A stretch of DNA of 63,689 bases, from NCBI GenBank assembly GCA_013115145.1, contig JAAPAO010000142.1:1-63689 (forward strand), written 5' to 3'. Each line of letters starts with the position of its first letter. Positions within the stretch are counted from its first letter, which is position 1. Positions 23,517-37,050 of the stretch are shown here, piece by piece. Both the position numbers and the translations under genes were made by a program. This DNA is from Perkinsus chesapeaki ATCC PRA-425. Its lineage: Eukaryota; Protista; Perkinsozoa. The notes under the pieces are model-generated. The model had not been told where the DNA came from, made no database searches, and was given only the letters and a program-made list of their open reading frames with translations.

Positions 23517-26196
23517 ATGACAAATGCTGCTGCTAACACTCCACCAGGGAGGAAGCATATGAATGCAATTGAACATCAGAATGGTCTACGCTGTATTAGT
23601 CAGATGGAGGCATTGGGGGCTCAGGCACAGCTGGAGGAAGAAGGTAACCAAGGTATGCTGGGGCTGAGTAAGAGTCTTATATGGATATTAGGGAAAGTGA
23701 AGGCTCCATTGGAGAGCCCCTTGGCACCGGTAGTAGTAGAGACACCGGAGGCTAGGAAGGCCCCTAGGAAGTATCCTGATAGTGCAGGTGAACCAGGCGT
23801 ATGTTGGCTTTGGGTAGTTTGAAGGGTTAGGTTGCACATCTGGTGACATTCAGAGAGGTAGACGGAGCTCAAGTCGTGTTAGTATGGATGGAAGCAAACT
23901 ACGCTTACCTCGGGCATCTGCTACTGCTACTACCGCCGCCACCGCGGCCACCCCTCCTCTACCTCATTTTCCTGGTGCTAAGGTAATATACTATTATGGG
24001 CTAATATCTTATTATCTATACCTTTCCTACCTCCTCCTCCTCCTTATACGCCTCATATCTGCTCGTAAGCTATTGACTACACCATGGTATGCTTCATCAG
24101 TAGCACTGTGTGTCGTTACAGGAGGGTTGTTGCCTGAAGTAGTGCCCATGTTCAGAGCTCACCGGCTGCCAAGTCCAGTCCAGCAGTCGACACCTCTAAC
24201 GCAGCGGTGGATCCGGAGATTATACTGGCAGAGAAAGAAGAGAAGTTGCAGACAGCATTGAAGGAGATAGAAGCTGGCAAGTACTGTACGTTACAGTGGA
24301 GATTTTTGTAGACAGTTAAGTGCTATAGGATTGCACTGGCGGCAGAAAGGGCAAGGACAAGAACTGTGGTACAGAGGAGGGTGGACGAGGTAGGACTGGT
24401 GAAAGGGAAGGGGAACGGACATACGGTGTAGATAGGGAAGAAGCATGCAGCTGAGGTGGCGGAGCTGGAGGGGAAAATACGGGACCTTGAGGTTGTTATT
24501 AAGGGGGATAAAGAGGGGCTCAAGAAGGCAACGAAAGTTAGTGATGAAAATAACGTAGTGGAAAGTGGCGGTAGAAGTGTTAGAGGATGCGTTGTTGGTC
24601 AGACTTTAAGAGTGCGTATTAGAGACTATGAGTCTAAGCTGGAAGCGGCTAAGAATAAGATAGCTAAATTAGAGACACAATTGAAGGTTAAAGATGGTAG
24701 GAGGATGGAGAGGGGACTTGAATCACTGCAAGTGCTGGTGTCGGTTGGAGGTGCTGGCTATTTTGCTTTGAGTTAATGATACTTTCACACTGTTTAAAAA
24801 TGCAACTGGAATTGATGCACACTAATCTACTGTCAACTGTATTCACGGTATATTAATATGCTCTTTGATTAACTATTCGTGGTAGCTAAATGCCTATTGG
24901 TATACGCTATGGTATACGCCTATTGGTAGCGCTTGCCTTTCTGTTATGTAGCCAAGAGACTCATGCTCCTGAGTGATGGTGTTCCCTATCCCACGTCACA
25001 TCTTTCAGAGGATGTCCTAACTTCAACTAGGCTAGTGAAGAACCTAACAGAACAGAGAGATCTATTTAAGACACAGCTGGAAGGCCTTCATGGTGATGAC
25101 TCAATTACCAAGGGGCAGTTGGTAGTTCAGAGAGACCCTCGACCACCGAGCTCCTCGCCGCCACTGCACGTTACGAGGCCCTTGCTGTAGCACATAAGCA
25201 AGCGCTGGAGGGAGAGCAGAAGGTGGGGGTGGGTTTGGTGGGGAGGCTAGGGTTGAGGAGGAGTTGTAGGCCCGAGGGGAGGCGGCAGATTTGCGGTCAA
25301 AGAATGAGGCCCATGCTAGAGAGACGGCTCGGCTACATGGGGAAGTACACATGCTTAAAAATAAGATAATAAAGGACCAACAGGTAGGGACTGGCTGTTA
25401 AGGAGGCAGCGTGGCTCTGTAGGATCATTTGGCGGAGCGGGAGAGGATGGCTCAGACATTCAACCATCGTATAGAGGACATCACTAGGGAGTTCGCCGTA
25501 AGTGGGAGGAGTCGACTGGCGCCGAGCAGCAGCTGCCATTGCAGGACGGTGTATCAAGTAAAGTGAAGGACAGACGAAGGAGTGGTGATGCAGCTGAGAG
25601 GCTCAAGTTACGGGTGGAGCAGCTGACAATAGAGCGGGTAGGTGCAGGCAGCTTGGCGATGGCCGACAGTGGTGTTTAGGACTCCCTGTTATACGAGCTG
25701 GATGAGTACCGTAAGGAGGCGGAGTTGCCAGGGACGGCAGTAACTGTGCATGATCTCACCGCACAGGACGGGGAGGATACTAATTAATAATGATATAGTA
25801 GATGCAAGAGTGGAGGGCACGTGTTGAGTTAGTAGCAGTGACGGGGAGTAGGAGCACTTGGAGAGATAACACAACAACGGGGTAATAGCGACAACAGATG
25901 CTTGTTATAGAGCATGTTAAGAACAACTAAGCTTGAGAGGGAGGAGGGTTAAATCCAGCACTGATCACACGGGGAGGGGAGAGGGCCACCTGAGATGGAA
26001 ATGAGGATGAGGTCGATAGGAAGGGGCCTTTACTTTATAGCTGAAGGTTGATAGCATCTGGGAGGAGTGGGTGGCTGACAAGCTAGGAATAGATGCAGCA
26101 AAGGCTGGTGTCACTGGGGCACTTGAAAAGAAGGATGTACGAGAGGACTTCATGCCCTCAGTGAGGCCCTGACAGAGGAGGAGGGTCATGAACTAG
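23517..26196 (+). CDS. Coiled-coil hypothetical protein(s), multi-exon
   Basis: Heptad-like exons (AELEGKIRDLEVVIKGDKEGLKK; IRDYESKLEAAKNKIAKLETQLK; LVKNLTEQRDLFKTQLEGL). May be two genes. Confidence 0.45.
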
Positions 26197-26997
26197 CCTG
26201 AAAAGTATCTTACCTGGTATGGGTCCACCACAATTGGCACTTGACGCGGGGCTGCCCGAGCACTGCAGGAGAAGGGATTCAACCTCTTTGGGAATCTTTA
26301 TAACCTACCTGTTGCTGGCTCGCAGCTGTGGAGCAGGTGCCTGTGGTAGAGCGGTCCCTTGTTGTTGCTTGTCTGTGGTGCCGATCGCTGACTCTATCGT
26401 GGCGAACTGTTGGTGCTGTGGAAATGTCATTATATAGGGTATCTCGTACCCTATTATTTTATTAGGCTGTGATTCTAAGAGCGATAGTACTAATATAGAT
26501 TAGAAAGAGATAGGCCTACCAGCAACCTCTACTGTCTTTGCGGAATTGATAGGAAGAGCCCGACTGTGCAGATACACAGCACGAGCAATGGGCTTCCACA
26601 CTTTACGAGTAGTACCTAATTGTAAACAGTAAAGCTACTGTAGGCACTTCACCGTTACCAGCGGTCGGGGGTGGTCTGAAGGAACTGGTAAACATATCGA
26701 TAGATTCAGGAAGAGAAGCCTGTAATTACCATCCACAAGGAAGGGCAGAGCTCGAAATCTTGCGCACTTGCTCTTCCTTATATTTCCTCAGCTATTATAC
26801 GGCACTGTGAGACACTACAACGGCAAGCTCTACTTTATAGCATTCAACGCTCTCTCACGGTCCATTCACCAATCTCTCTTGAGCTGGTTAAACGTTGTCG
26901 ACTCAAACCGACTGGCGAGTCAATCGGGAAGCTTGCTTTTGCTTATTATTATCTCTTCTATTAGTGTACACTCCTATTTGAGCCTTACCTTTTTACC

Positions 26998-27460
26998 ATG
27001 GCCAAGCATCATCCCGATCTGGTAATGTGCAGGAAGCAGCCTGGTATTGCCATTGGACGTCTATGTGAAAAGTAATAAACAACCGTAATAGGTAGTAACA
27101 GCCTTCCCGCAGGTGTGACGGTAAATGCGTTATATGTGATTCCTACGTGCGGCCGTCAACCTTAGTGAAGATCTGTGATGAATGTAACTATGGTAGCTAC
27201 CAAGGAAGGTAAAGGGCCTCGGGAAGGGGTCTAAGGTATCCTGCTCTCAGATGTGTCATCTGCGGCGGTACTGGTATATCGGATGCATATTACTGTAAGG
27301 AGTGCTGTCAATGCGAGAAGGATGTAATAAAGAGTATTGGGGAGGGTGGTTGTAGTGGTGTTGAATTTAGCGTGATGGTTGCCCGAAGATAATTAACCTT
27401 GGCTCGGCTAAAACGGATATGTTTTATGAACGAAAAAAATACGGCTTCAAAAGGAGATAG
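26998..27460 (+). CDS. PHF5A: PHD finger-like domain protein 5A (SF3b subunit, Rds3), 4 exons
   Basis: Splices through three GT-AG introns to [39 protein letters not shown]...[26 protein letters not shown]. Confidence 0.98.
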
Positions 27461-27624
27461 TAGAGGAGCCCTATCTGGGCGACAACGAACGTGTTAACAT
27501 TTCCTACTGTACTTGGAGAGGGAGGAAGAAGAGTTTCGACCATCATCACCGGTTCAGGAGGACCTAGCTGTACACTGCTGTGTTGGTAGTTGGTCAATTA
27601 GGATGGGTAGTTATTGGGTTTATA

Positions 27625-28849
27625 ATGGCTAATAAGATAGACCTGGACACTATACTAGATTTGACGGGTCAGTTTGACCCAATGACAGTGGCAGTACTGG
27701 ACCTGTCTGATAAGGGACTTGAGGAGATACCGGACTGTGGGTGATTGGGTAGCAGATGCACCTCCTTAAGATATACTGTCAACAGTCTCGGGTGGTGGTC
27801 GAAACGTAATTTTGGGAATGTCTGGAAAAGGTAGATTAGATAGGTTAGCATTCTTGATTAGGACTGCATTGTTATACATTGCCATATCATAGCCACTTGC
27901 GCCCCTCCTCTTCGAGCCTTATTAGTACCTCGGACGGCGGCGTTATAGGCGTATTGGGTGGTGTGTAGGTATAGGGGAGTGTATGAATGTGGTGTATATT
28001 AATTTATCTAATAATAGGATAGAGGGAGGTAGTAGAGGAGTTGGGTAGGCTGCTGACTAGGAAAGGTTTGCCCTGCTCACAGGAGGCCTTAAGAGGCTGG
28101 TGATGCTATCATGTCTGAGTCATCTTGATTTGTCTAATAATAAGATAACAAAGGTGAGGAGCTGATGGTACCTTAGAGACTATCACCAGGTGACAGATGA
28201 CCTTAGGGGCTTGAGGAGTCTCAGGACGATCAATTTGGACGGGAATGCTATAAGTAGTACTACGGGTGCTGCTGGAGGCGATGGGGTTTGTTGTGGTGGC
28301 TTAGGGTCAGTCTCGGATCTCAAGGGGCTGGCTAGTTGCCCTCAGCTGGAGAGGGTCTCTATTAGGAGATGCCCGCTGGAGAAGGTCAGGGCTGTCACCA
28401 GGGGAGGATGACGAGCCCCGGTTAGGAATCATTCGTGTCACTCGCCACGAAACTAAGGGCTATTGTGCCTGGTTTGAAGCGGCTGAATGGCATTGATGCC
28501 ATAGAGGAGTCCAAGATGCCCTTAGAAGCCTGCAAACTATCTGCTATGGGTAGTGAAAGACAGGGGGACGTGGGGTAGGGTATCGTGTAGGGGCATGCCA
28601 AATGGTGGACGAGACATTATCGAGGGCCAATGCGGAGCTATCCAAGCCGTGGATTGAGGATGAGTTACAGCGGGCTACGGATAGGGTGAGGCTGTTAGTC
28701 CACCTGCCAGCAGCCCCCTCTTGCCTCAGTTGTATAGTCATCACTTCGAGTCACATAACATGCGCATGATTGATGATATATTGTCCCTCGGTAAGGGACA
28801 GCAGGAGGAGGAGGAGGCCCTCCGTGCTGCCACAGTTGCTGGCTCCTGA
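27625..28849 (+). CDS. Leucine-rich repeat protein (LRRC61-like), multi-exon
   Basis: LDLSDKGLEEI, HLDLSNNKITK, LRSLRTINLDGNAI and cap-like LRAIVPGLKRLNG. Confidence 0.7.
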
Positions 28850-28941
28850 CCTTGGCCAAGGCGTTGTGTCTCGTGGGGGCGGGACGAGCGAATTGTACGC
28901 ATTTTTGAGCGTTTTATGTTTCCATTCAAAAATACAATTAA

Positions 28942-30720
28942 ATGACTCCCTGTGAGAGCGGCCGGGAGGACCTCTCGCTTCATCGGGGGGTGGCTATGTT
29001 GCAGACGGAGGAGCTCCTGAGCGCACTGTGTCTGGAGCTGCTGGGGCCGAGGGCAAAGGCTGAACTGGTGAGGGTAGGGGAGTTGGTGGTTAGTAGGCTG
29101 TTATCTCAGGTGGGCCATGCTAGAGCACTTTTACACCGTGAGATAGACAACCTTGATGTTGGTGTGAAGGATAGGTGGATGAGGGCATTACCCTCGACTG
29201 AGAGGAAGTGTGATCGTAGCACCTCATCAAGTACAGTAGCATCTTTAGCAGTACTTAACACTGATGATGTAGATAACAAGGGTAGCAGGCCCCCAATGCG
29301 CCCCCCCCCATGGTTGAGCTCAGGTGATGGTGAGCTTGGCCGCCGTTCATCATCCTGGTGGTTGGCTGCTGAGCTGCTTCCCCATGTACTATCCTATATA
29401 GTGGAGGTCAGCCCCGTCCTTGGCACTTTAAGAAGGGTTTGTAAGTCTCTGCCTAGGCCTCGTTTCCCGTGGTAGTCCACCCAGGTAGAGCCTTCGACAC
29501 AGCTACTAGGTTACCTCAGTGTTATCAAGGCTCACATATATACCTAAGCAGTGGAGCCTGTAGGGCAGTAGATCCCGAAGCCCACTGGATGAAGGTCCTC
29601 GAACTGCCATTGGAGCAGGTGAGCTGGTGAGCGGCACCTTAGTGCTGCTTAGTGTCTGGGCAGGCGGCAGACATCACAATCAGCACGCTTGGAGTGCCCT
29701 ATAGGAACGTCGACCTTCTGGAGGATGTAAGAAGCCTCCTCTATGCTGTGTATAGTGGTCGGTGCTCAGGCGTTTGGAATCGATAAGATAGTCAGACATA
29801 TGAGTGGCTTTGCTCGAGACCTTCACGGTCCTAATGTTGAGGTGCTTGATGATCGCACAGTCCGTCGAAGGGACGAGTACGATCCTTTCCATGCGATAGT
29901 GCTTGGTAATGCTCCACTTAAAAGTAAGGTGCCTCTGGCCACTGCTGCTGCTGCTGATGAGGTATTAGGCCTACCGACGGGCGAGAAGTACTTTGCATTC
30001 CGGATATCAAAGACTAGTAGACGACACTTTGGTGGTGGAGTGACGATTGCTCTCTCGACTAACCCTCCATTGAGCTCGGTATCGCATTTCCCCAACTTGG
30101 ATCATGCTGCTCAAATAGGTACCTGAAAAGCTCCGAGGTTCGGATATTAGCCTGGCTATAGTGCAGAAGGGCGAGGTCTTCGTATATGGGGAGAAGATAG
30201 ACGTTCGGGTAACAAGAACTCGCCTTTGTTCCTTGTCGTAGGCAAATTGGTAGTTCCTCTACTGGAACGCATCATCACTGCGTCAGGGGGACACAGTTGG
30301 TCTGCGTGTTGATGAGGAGGGTTGCGTGACGCTGTAAGGTCTCCTGTAGTTGTGATAATAGCATTTATTATAGGTATCGTAATGGACGTATAGTTCCGAG
30401 CACTTCACCGCTTCAAATACCTAGTCTTAGCGCACCGCCACCCCAACTGCTGCCGACAGTCGGCCAGCCAGACATGTACGTTGTCATGTCTGAGGTCCCC
30501 TTGGATACGCTGCTGATGCAAGATACGCCATGCTTCACGTTAAAGCAAATACGGCGGCTATCACTTTGTTACCGGACCATGAGCCACCTGAGGAGGATAA
30601 GTTCTGGATTAGCTCGGACGATAGATGATATCACATTGCTATATGAGTTATACATTTCTCAACACGCCGTGCATCGTTACTGAATTTGGTTGTTAATCAA
30701 CTCGCGGAGCACGCTGAGCT
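28942..30720 (+). CDS. Protein with F-box-like segment and Neuralized (NHR) domain, multi-exon
   Basis: LAAELLPHVLSYI...LRRVCK (F-box-like); HGPNVEVLDDRTVRR..AIVLGNAPL, FAFRISK, GDTVGLRVDEEG and YRNG match the NHR pattern. Confidence 0.55.
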
Positions 30721-30784
30721 TCGCTTACGGACGACAGGCTGGGTTGTAGTTGATTTCACTTATACTGGTAGTGTCCATATAACA

Positions 30785-33416
30785 ATGATGAGGGGCCCAA
30801 TCACTATGCTAGTAAGTGCATTCCTGCTGTGCAGCAGCAGCAGGAGCTGTAATGCCCCCCTGTAGATCTTCTCTATCCTTGCGGGTGCGCTTCACGTTGA
30901 AGCTGAGAGGTTAGAGTCTGCTGCCGCAGTCGAGCCACGCATCGCCTCTGTTGTTGGGGAGGACTTCAAAATAGAAGATCTTGCTGGCCCGGACGGCGAA
31001 GATGATGATATTCATTCCCCTTACAGGCTCATAATTACGACCAACCCTAGTGAGCGTCCTAGCAGCACCCACCCTCCCACCGTAAGATTGTGCTGGCAGA
31101 TTCTGGAGATGGTCGTCGTCGACTTGCAAGTCTAGAAGATAGGTTTAGGAAACTGAATTCAAATAATATGGTACGTCCCCGCTAGGCTGGTCTCCACTGG
31201 TTACCGACCGTGGGCCTCAGACCCTGCACGCCCAATTCACCACCCTCATTAACAGTATAAAGTCAACCAAGGCCCTCGACACCATGTCATTGGAGCTCAT
31301 AACCCTCCACGATACCAGTAAGTTCCAGGGATACCTGCCCGACCATTACGGCTCAACCTGACTGTTGCAGACTCGTATTCACCAGAGCAGATGTGTGAGA
31401 TATTTATGGACATCCAGCACGCAGTGTGAGTTGCGCTGGATCATCGATTTGATGGCATCACCATCAACTCTCTTCAGGAATGGTGACTATGACGATGTCT
31501 TCTGCGGGCCGGATGCTATCGTCTCTGGTAACCTGCGCCGTTCCTATTGTGTGACACTTGTTGGCCTCAGCCGACGCCACTGTCCCCAATGACCCCTCAT
31601 ACACCAAGCAGTACCAGCACGCCCTCATCAACACGCCCCAGGTAGCGTGTGCTGCTCACTTTGCTGCCTAGTATCCGTCAGGCTTGGGATATGACTACCG
31701 GTGATGACTCTTTGGTGGTAGCGCTGATAGATTCGGGAATTGATTATACCCATCCCGATCTTGCTAATAATATCTGGGTCAATCCTGGAGAGATTCCGGG
31801 GGACGGTGAGCCCTTTCGGACATATCACACTTCGGCATTCATGACTAGGCATCGACAATGACGGGAACGGCTATATAGATGATGTTAATGGCTGGGACTT
31901 CCACGGCGACACTGCCAACCCTATGGACCAGTACGGTCATGGCACCCATGTTGGAGGCATTTTAGCGGCCCAAGGTGAGACTCGTGCTGCTGCCGGTTGC
32001 AATAAGTTGTTTGCAGGCAATAACGGTCGCGGAGTTACTGGAGTGAGCTGGAAAGTATCTATTGCACCACTAAGATTCTTGAACGAGAAAGGTAAAGGGT
32101 ATCTCAGCAGCGCCTTGGAGGCTATCGACTATGCAATAAGTATGAACATCAAACTCAGTAAGGCTGCTGCTGTCACGAACAACACACCGGCTAGGCGATG
32201 CCGTCAGGTGTCAACAGTTGGAGCTGCACAGGGTGCAGTGTACCCACACTCGAGACTGCAGTTCGGAGAGCAGGTCGGAAATCAACCTCTGAAATATCTT
32301 TAAGGCGAGCCGATTCAGGCGATGCTGGCCACTTGTTCGTCGCTAGCTCCGGGAACAAGCAGAACGATAACGATGTTGTAAGTGCTGTCCACAATTGCTC
32401 TTCACTTGGCTTGTTAGACTCCGACCATTCCTTGTGGTTTTAACCTGGATAACATCATCTGTGTAGCAGCAACCGACTCCAAGGACATTATGCTGTAAGA
32501 GTAGCAGCATTGCTTTGTTGCATTTCGTTCTTAGGAGCAACAGTAATTACGGTGCGACAACGGTGGACATAGCAGCACCTGGTGGATCCATCTACTCCAC
32601 CAAGCCGTAGGCCCCAGTGAATTTGATATTCATCCTGGGACCTCGTGTTGTGTCCCGTATATTTTTGATCACTTAGTCTATCTATTTCTCTAGTATGTCT
32701 GTTATACATGTTATTATTGCTCTTCCTGGGCTGATAGGCCCCCTATCGATTAGGTCCAATACGTACGCCTATATGTCGGGTACATCCATGGCAACTCCTA
32801 TGGTAGCAGGAGCAGCTGCTTTGATGTTAGCAGTTCGACCGCAAGCAACTGCAGCGCAGATCAAGGTCACCAGTGCGCCTCGAATATGTCTTTAGTGGAC
32901 CGTTTAGGCCTCCATATTGAGCAGCGCCAAGCCTGTCGCTGGGCTGAATGGCAAGTGTGTTTCGGGAGGCCGTCTTGATGTTTTTGGGGCCCTCAATGAC
33001 ATCACAAGTACGGCGTGTTTCCAGAACATTTCTTATCGTTCTTTGTAGGCACCGTCTCCGCTTCATCTGTTTCAACTACAACTATATCACGTAAGAAGAA
33101 GAACGACAAGAACTGACCGCTGCTAACTAACACTTGACACACCTTTTTGTCTATTAACCGCGCATCTCTAAGAATATTTGGTTTTTCTCCGGTCAGCGTG
33201 TGAGCAAGCTGCTAATGATGCATGTGCGGCTCTTGACAACGGCAGCTGGTGCCAACTAGGAGTCGCCGTGTCAACCTGTGGGGGATCTTTCTCAATTCAG
33301 TGCCCTTGCAGTCAGGTGGGGTTACCTCCACCTTTCACATCGCTACTGTTATCCTTCAGAACCGGCGCGCTTTGGAGCAGGCTGCTCCGGAACATGCACC
33401 CGGTCTACACGTGTGA
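30785..33416 (+). CDS. Secreted subtilisin (S8) with prodomain and C-terminal six-Cys module, multi-exon
   Basis: Signal MMRGPITML|IFSILAGALHVEA; catalytic triad IDSGID, HGTHVGG, GTSMATP; NIWVNPGEIPGDGIDNDGNGYIDDVNGWDF insert. Confidence 0.93.
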
Positions 33417-35022
33417 TCCTGATCCATTCGTGGATATATTAACTAAGTCTATCTAGAAGAACTAATTTTGCCACAACTGCATGTCTAAATGTTTAAATGT
33501 CACTTTTAACTACTGTCCCGTAGATGGTTGAAAATCCGCCATCTGCACTTTGTCGTCAAATATGTTCTCATTCATTATCGATCGTAACACTCGTTTACAT
33601 TATACCACTCGCGTTTACTTAGCATTCTTAGCATGTGATGTCTGTGGTGAATGACTCTCATTACTGTTGGGTTGAATAGTCCTCTACACCGCGCGTCAAA
33701 TTCTTATCAACTCGGGTTTTTCAAGGGTTTAAGAACAACTAAGGTGTACTCATCAACGATTACCTCAAGGATATGTTCCCTAGTCAAAATAAGTATATCC
33801 TCCAAGCTTCAGAGCCAAACTCCTTGTCAGTAGTGAGTAATTAAAAGAATCATGCAAAATCGGTGCGACGCATTCTTAGAAACCGCAGCTTAAAAATGCA
33901 CGCAAAATTCATGTTTTTGTTAGGGAAGTATATTAAAGCAGATCATTCAGACCTAATCACATACACCATTGGAAAGCTTATCCTTTCTTCACTATATGAC
34001 ATGAGTTTTGTAGTCCGACGGGTACATGTTGGAGAGCACAACCGAACTTGATGGCTAACTGTATGCACGTGCAGGCAGCAGCGAGCCAACTATCTGGTAT
34101 CCCGTGGCTTATGCCATGCTTACTGCCAGTAAGTTACTGGATACGTCGTATACTATACGAATATATATTTCCGCCACTTTTCGAAATACTCTTCCTCCCA
34201 CAATGTAGTTTTATATAATGTCCGTTTCCGATATTCTCATCGGCACGATAATAACGACGTCGATGGCCACTCAGTATATCCCATTACGCGCACACTGGCT
34301 ATAGCGGAACACTCGCTCTATTCCCTCCTTGCAATTGAATACAACGTCAGCTCTGAAGTGCTGAGGCGTCTGTTGTCCCACAATCCTTACGCATTGCCGA
34401 TGAGGTGCGCTGGGATGAGTATGGTGATCGAGAGCAAAGATCGACTGAGCTGGACGCTAAAACACGGTTTATCGTCACGGCGTCGCGGCACGAAACTTCC
34501 TCGATACATCTTGCCGCAAGATTCTTGTGTAAATTCGGTACCTCCTACGGCCTCCACATTCCGAATACATTATAGTAACGAATAGTAACGAAGAAATTAA
34601 ACCCCAAAGTTCGGTGAGAAACCCTCCGCTGTACGGACTTGTTCTGAGGAACCACATCAACCCAGATTTACGTATAGCTCACCCGGACATGGTGAAATGG
34701 TACCATTATGTGACGATGCTTCTCCATGGAGCTGGTCATTTCAGACCTCTGTAGTTACACTATATCGTATTACTACTGCAGGTGCCTAGCACTAATAGGA
34801 GAGTTATGAGAGTCTGCATAACCGTAGGCTTCCAAATAAGCCTATGTAAGAACGCGTACGCAGGACCATCTCTAAGCTACGGAAACTGGGTGTACTTCAC
34901 GTACATTGGGGGAGCGTCACGAGCAACCTTGGAGCATGAGATTCGAGCTAGCAGCCATGCCTCTCGAGAATCGAAACCCTCCGGGAGACTGGTGTTCATG
35001 TAGCCTTATCCCAGCCTTAAAT

Positions 35023-36336
35023 ATGAACATCGTCCCTTCGACGTATATTTGTATTTTCATCGTTGTTTTAGCAGTGAACATCCTTGTCTTGGTTCTGGTG
35101 AGCAGTACGATCCATTTCAACGACTTTAACACGTCGGTGGCTGCAACCACTAACTTGCTTGTTGCCGTAGTCTGTCGAAACGAGCACTTCGTCAACTTCC
35201 TCTTCACAGTGTTCGTCAACAAGTCTACCACTCTTCCCTTGCCCATAAGGAGACGCTTTGCAAAGATCTACTCCTGCTATGGGGCCCTCCACAGCGGCTG
35301 CGCAACAGCGGCTCTGATGTGGTATGCCGCATTCACCTTCAAAGCTGTTGCACCCGTTATCAACCGGGGAATAGCTAGCAACCCCTTAGCCCTTATCTCG
35401 TGTACCAGCATGTCCCTACTGCTCGTCATAATACTTTTCGCGTTGCCGTGCGTGAGAGCCCTACACCACAATTTCTTCGAGTGTGTTCACCGCTACTGTG
35501 GGTGGACGGTTATGGCGCTGCTAGTCGTGGAGCTTATCCTCGATGCCTATGACGAAGACTCGAGTTCCCCGGGAGCTTTCTGGGAGAAATTCGTCACAGA
35601 TGCTCGAGTCTGGCAAGCAGCTCTTCTGGTGATGCTCATAATATACCCGTGGTTGTACTTGAGAAGGCGTCGCGTCAAGGCATATCGAGTGTCTCCTCAT
35701 GCCCTAGTTCTCAATTTCAACTATATGGATGTTCAATTTGGCCAGGCCATTCGCTTGTCCGACTCTCCCTTCCGCGAGACTCACCCCTTCGCGGTTATTC
35801 CTAATGCTCGCAGCTCCGTGAAGAAGCTTACCGATGACGAAGCAGAATTATGGCACATCGACCAAAAAGGTTTCTCTGTCATCATTTCCCGCGCTGGCGA
35901 TTGGACGAGTCGAATAATTGATAACCCCCCCAAAGAGATATGGACCCGTGGTGTACCGCAATACGGTGCTCTACGTGTTGCTACTCTCTTCAAGCCATGT
36001 ATTGTAATGGCCACTGGTTCTGGTATAGGTCCTTGTCTTGGCATTTTTGTACAAAAACCGGATCACCCGGTGAGAATCATTTGGTCGTGCCGATCGCCAT
36101 GTGAGACTTACAGCCCAACCCTCGTCAGCACTGTTCTGCGGGTTGACCCATCCGCTGTTATTCATGACACTGACGTATCTGGCCGACCTGACCTGGTTCA
36201 ATTGGCGACCACTCTATGGGAGACAGGTGATTTCGAAGCTGTAGTGTTTATATCGAGCAAGCCAACTACTCGCACCGTCATCTCCGGTCTCGAGGCTAAC
36301 GGCATTACCGCTTTCGGCGTGATATTCGATTCCTAG
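35023..36336 (+). CDS. TmpA-family membrane flavoprotein (ferric-reductase-like oxidoreductase); conserved region is one exon
   Basis: RNEHFVNFLF, YGALHSG, HHNFFECVHRYCGW, ETHPFAV, SRAGDWT, ATGSGIGPCL, GRPDL and terminal AFGVIFDS. Possible extra spliced exons upstream at 34220-34990. Confidence 0.8.
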   Translation: MNIVPSTYICIFIVVLAVNILVLVLVSSTIHFNDFNTSVAATTNLLVAVVCRNEHFVNFLFTVFVNKSTTLPLPIRRRFAKIYSCYGALHSGCATAALMWYAAFTFKAVAPVINRGIASNPLALISCTSMSLLLVIILFALPCVRALHHNFFECVHRYCGWTVMALLVVELILDAYDEDSSSPGAFWEKFVTDARVWQAALLVMLIIYPWLYLRRRRVKAYRVSPHALVLNFNYMDVQFGQAIRLSDSPFRETHPFAVIPNARSSVKKLTDDEAELWHIDQKGFSVIISRAGDWTSRIIDNPPKEIWTRGVPQYGALRVATLFKPCIVMATGSGIGPCLGIFVQKPDHPVRIIWSCRSPCETYSPTLVSTVLRVDPSAVIHDTDVSGRPDLVQLATTLWETGDFEAVVFISSKPTTRTVISGLEANGITAFGVIFDS

Positions 36337-37050
36337 CCTCAATTTGTACTCTCCCTCTCTTGTTTTTTCATTGATCGTAAAATGGGCATCTTACAGCTGC
36401 AAGTTATTCTTGAGTCATTGGGTTATAAGGTGTTGTTGAGTTGTTGGAAAGATGAGGGAAAATCTATTTATAAAAATAAAAGATAGGAAATAGTAATGTA
36501 GCACGTATGACACTGTGTCACATAATACCACATGTGTGTTGATGTCACAGACAATATCTGTTCGGCCCGCCACTTCCCTTCATTATATACGAAACTTACG
36601 GGATGTTCAGTAAATCACTTCCGGAAAATGAAATTATGATTGGAATGAATTCTGGAATGTGTTTTGCCTGAGCTTACTGAACAGCAACCCGTTAGGTAGA
36701 GCCAGACCGTGTAACTAAATGCACAACCGTTCCCAGAGTTCATCACTTAATGATTAACCGCGCCGCATAAAACACATCAACCGTTTCATTTATCATATCG
36801 TACTGTGGTATGAGAACTGTAGTAACAATGTCTGTTGAAAATAGCATTACTACACGCAACGAACGGTGGTAAGTAACACTCAGGCGGTGAGGGCGGCGCT
36901 GTTTCAAGAGAGAACGAGCGAAAAGGCAACCAGAACCTGGTTGTGCATATCCCCTGTCGGGACCCTTTCATTTCGGGTGACTAGCGCGCGCCATTGTAAT
37001 CGATTTACGTCGCGATTCGGCGTTCCACTGTTATCGGTAGTGATTGATTG

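Noticed and set aside
30911-31129. Minus-strand 72-aa ORF
   Set aside because: Antisense to the subtilisin prodomain exons.
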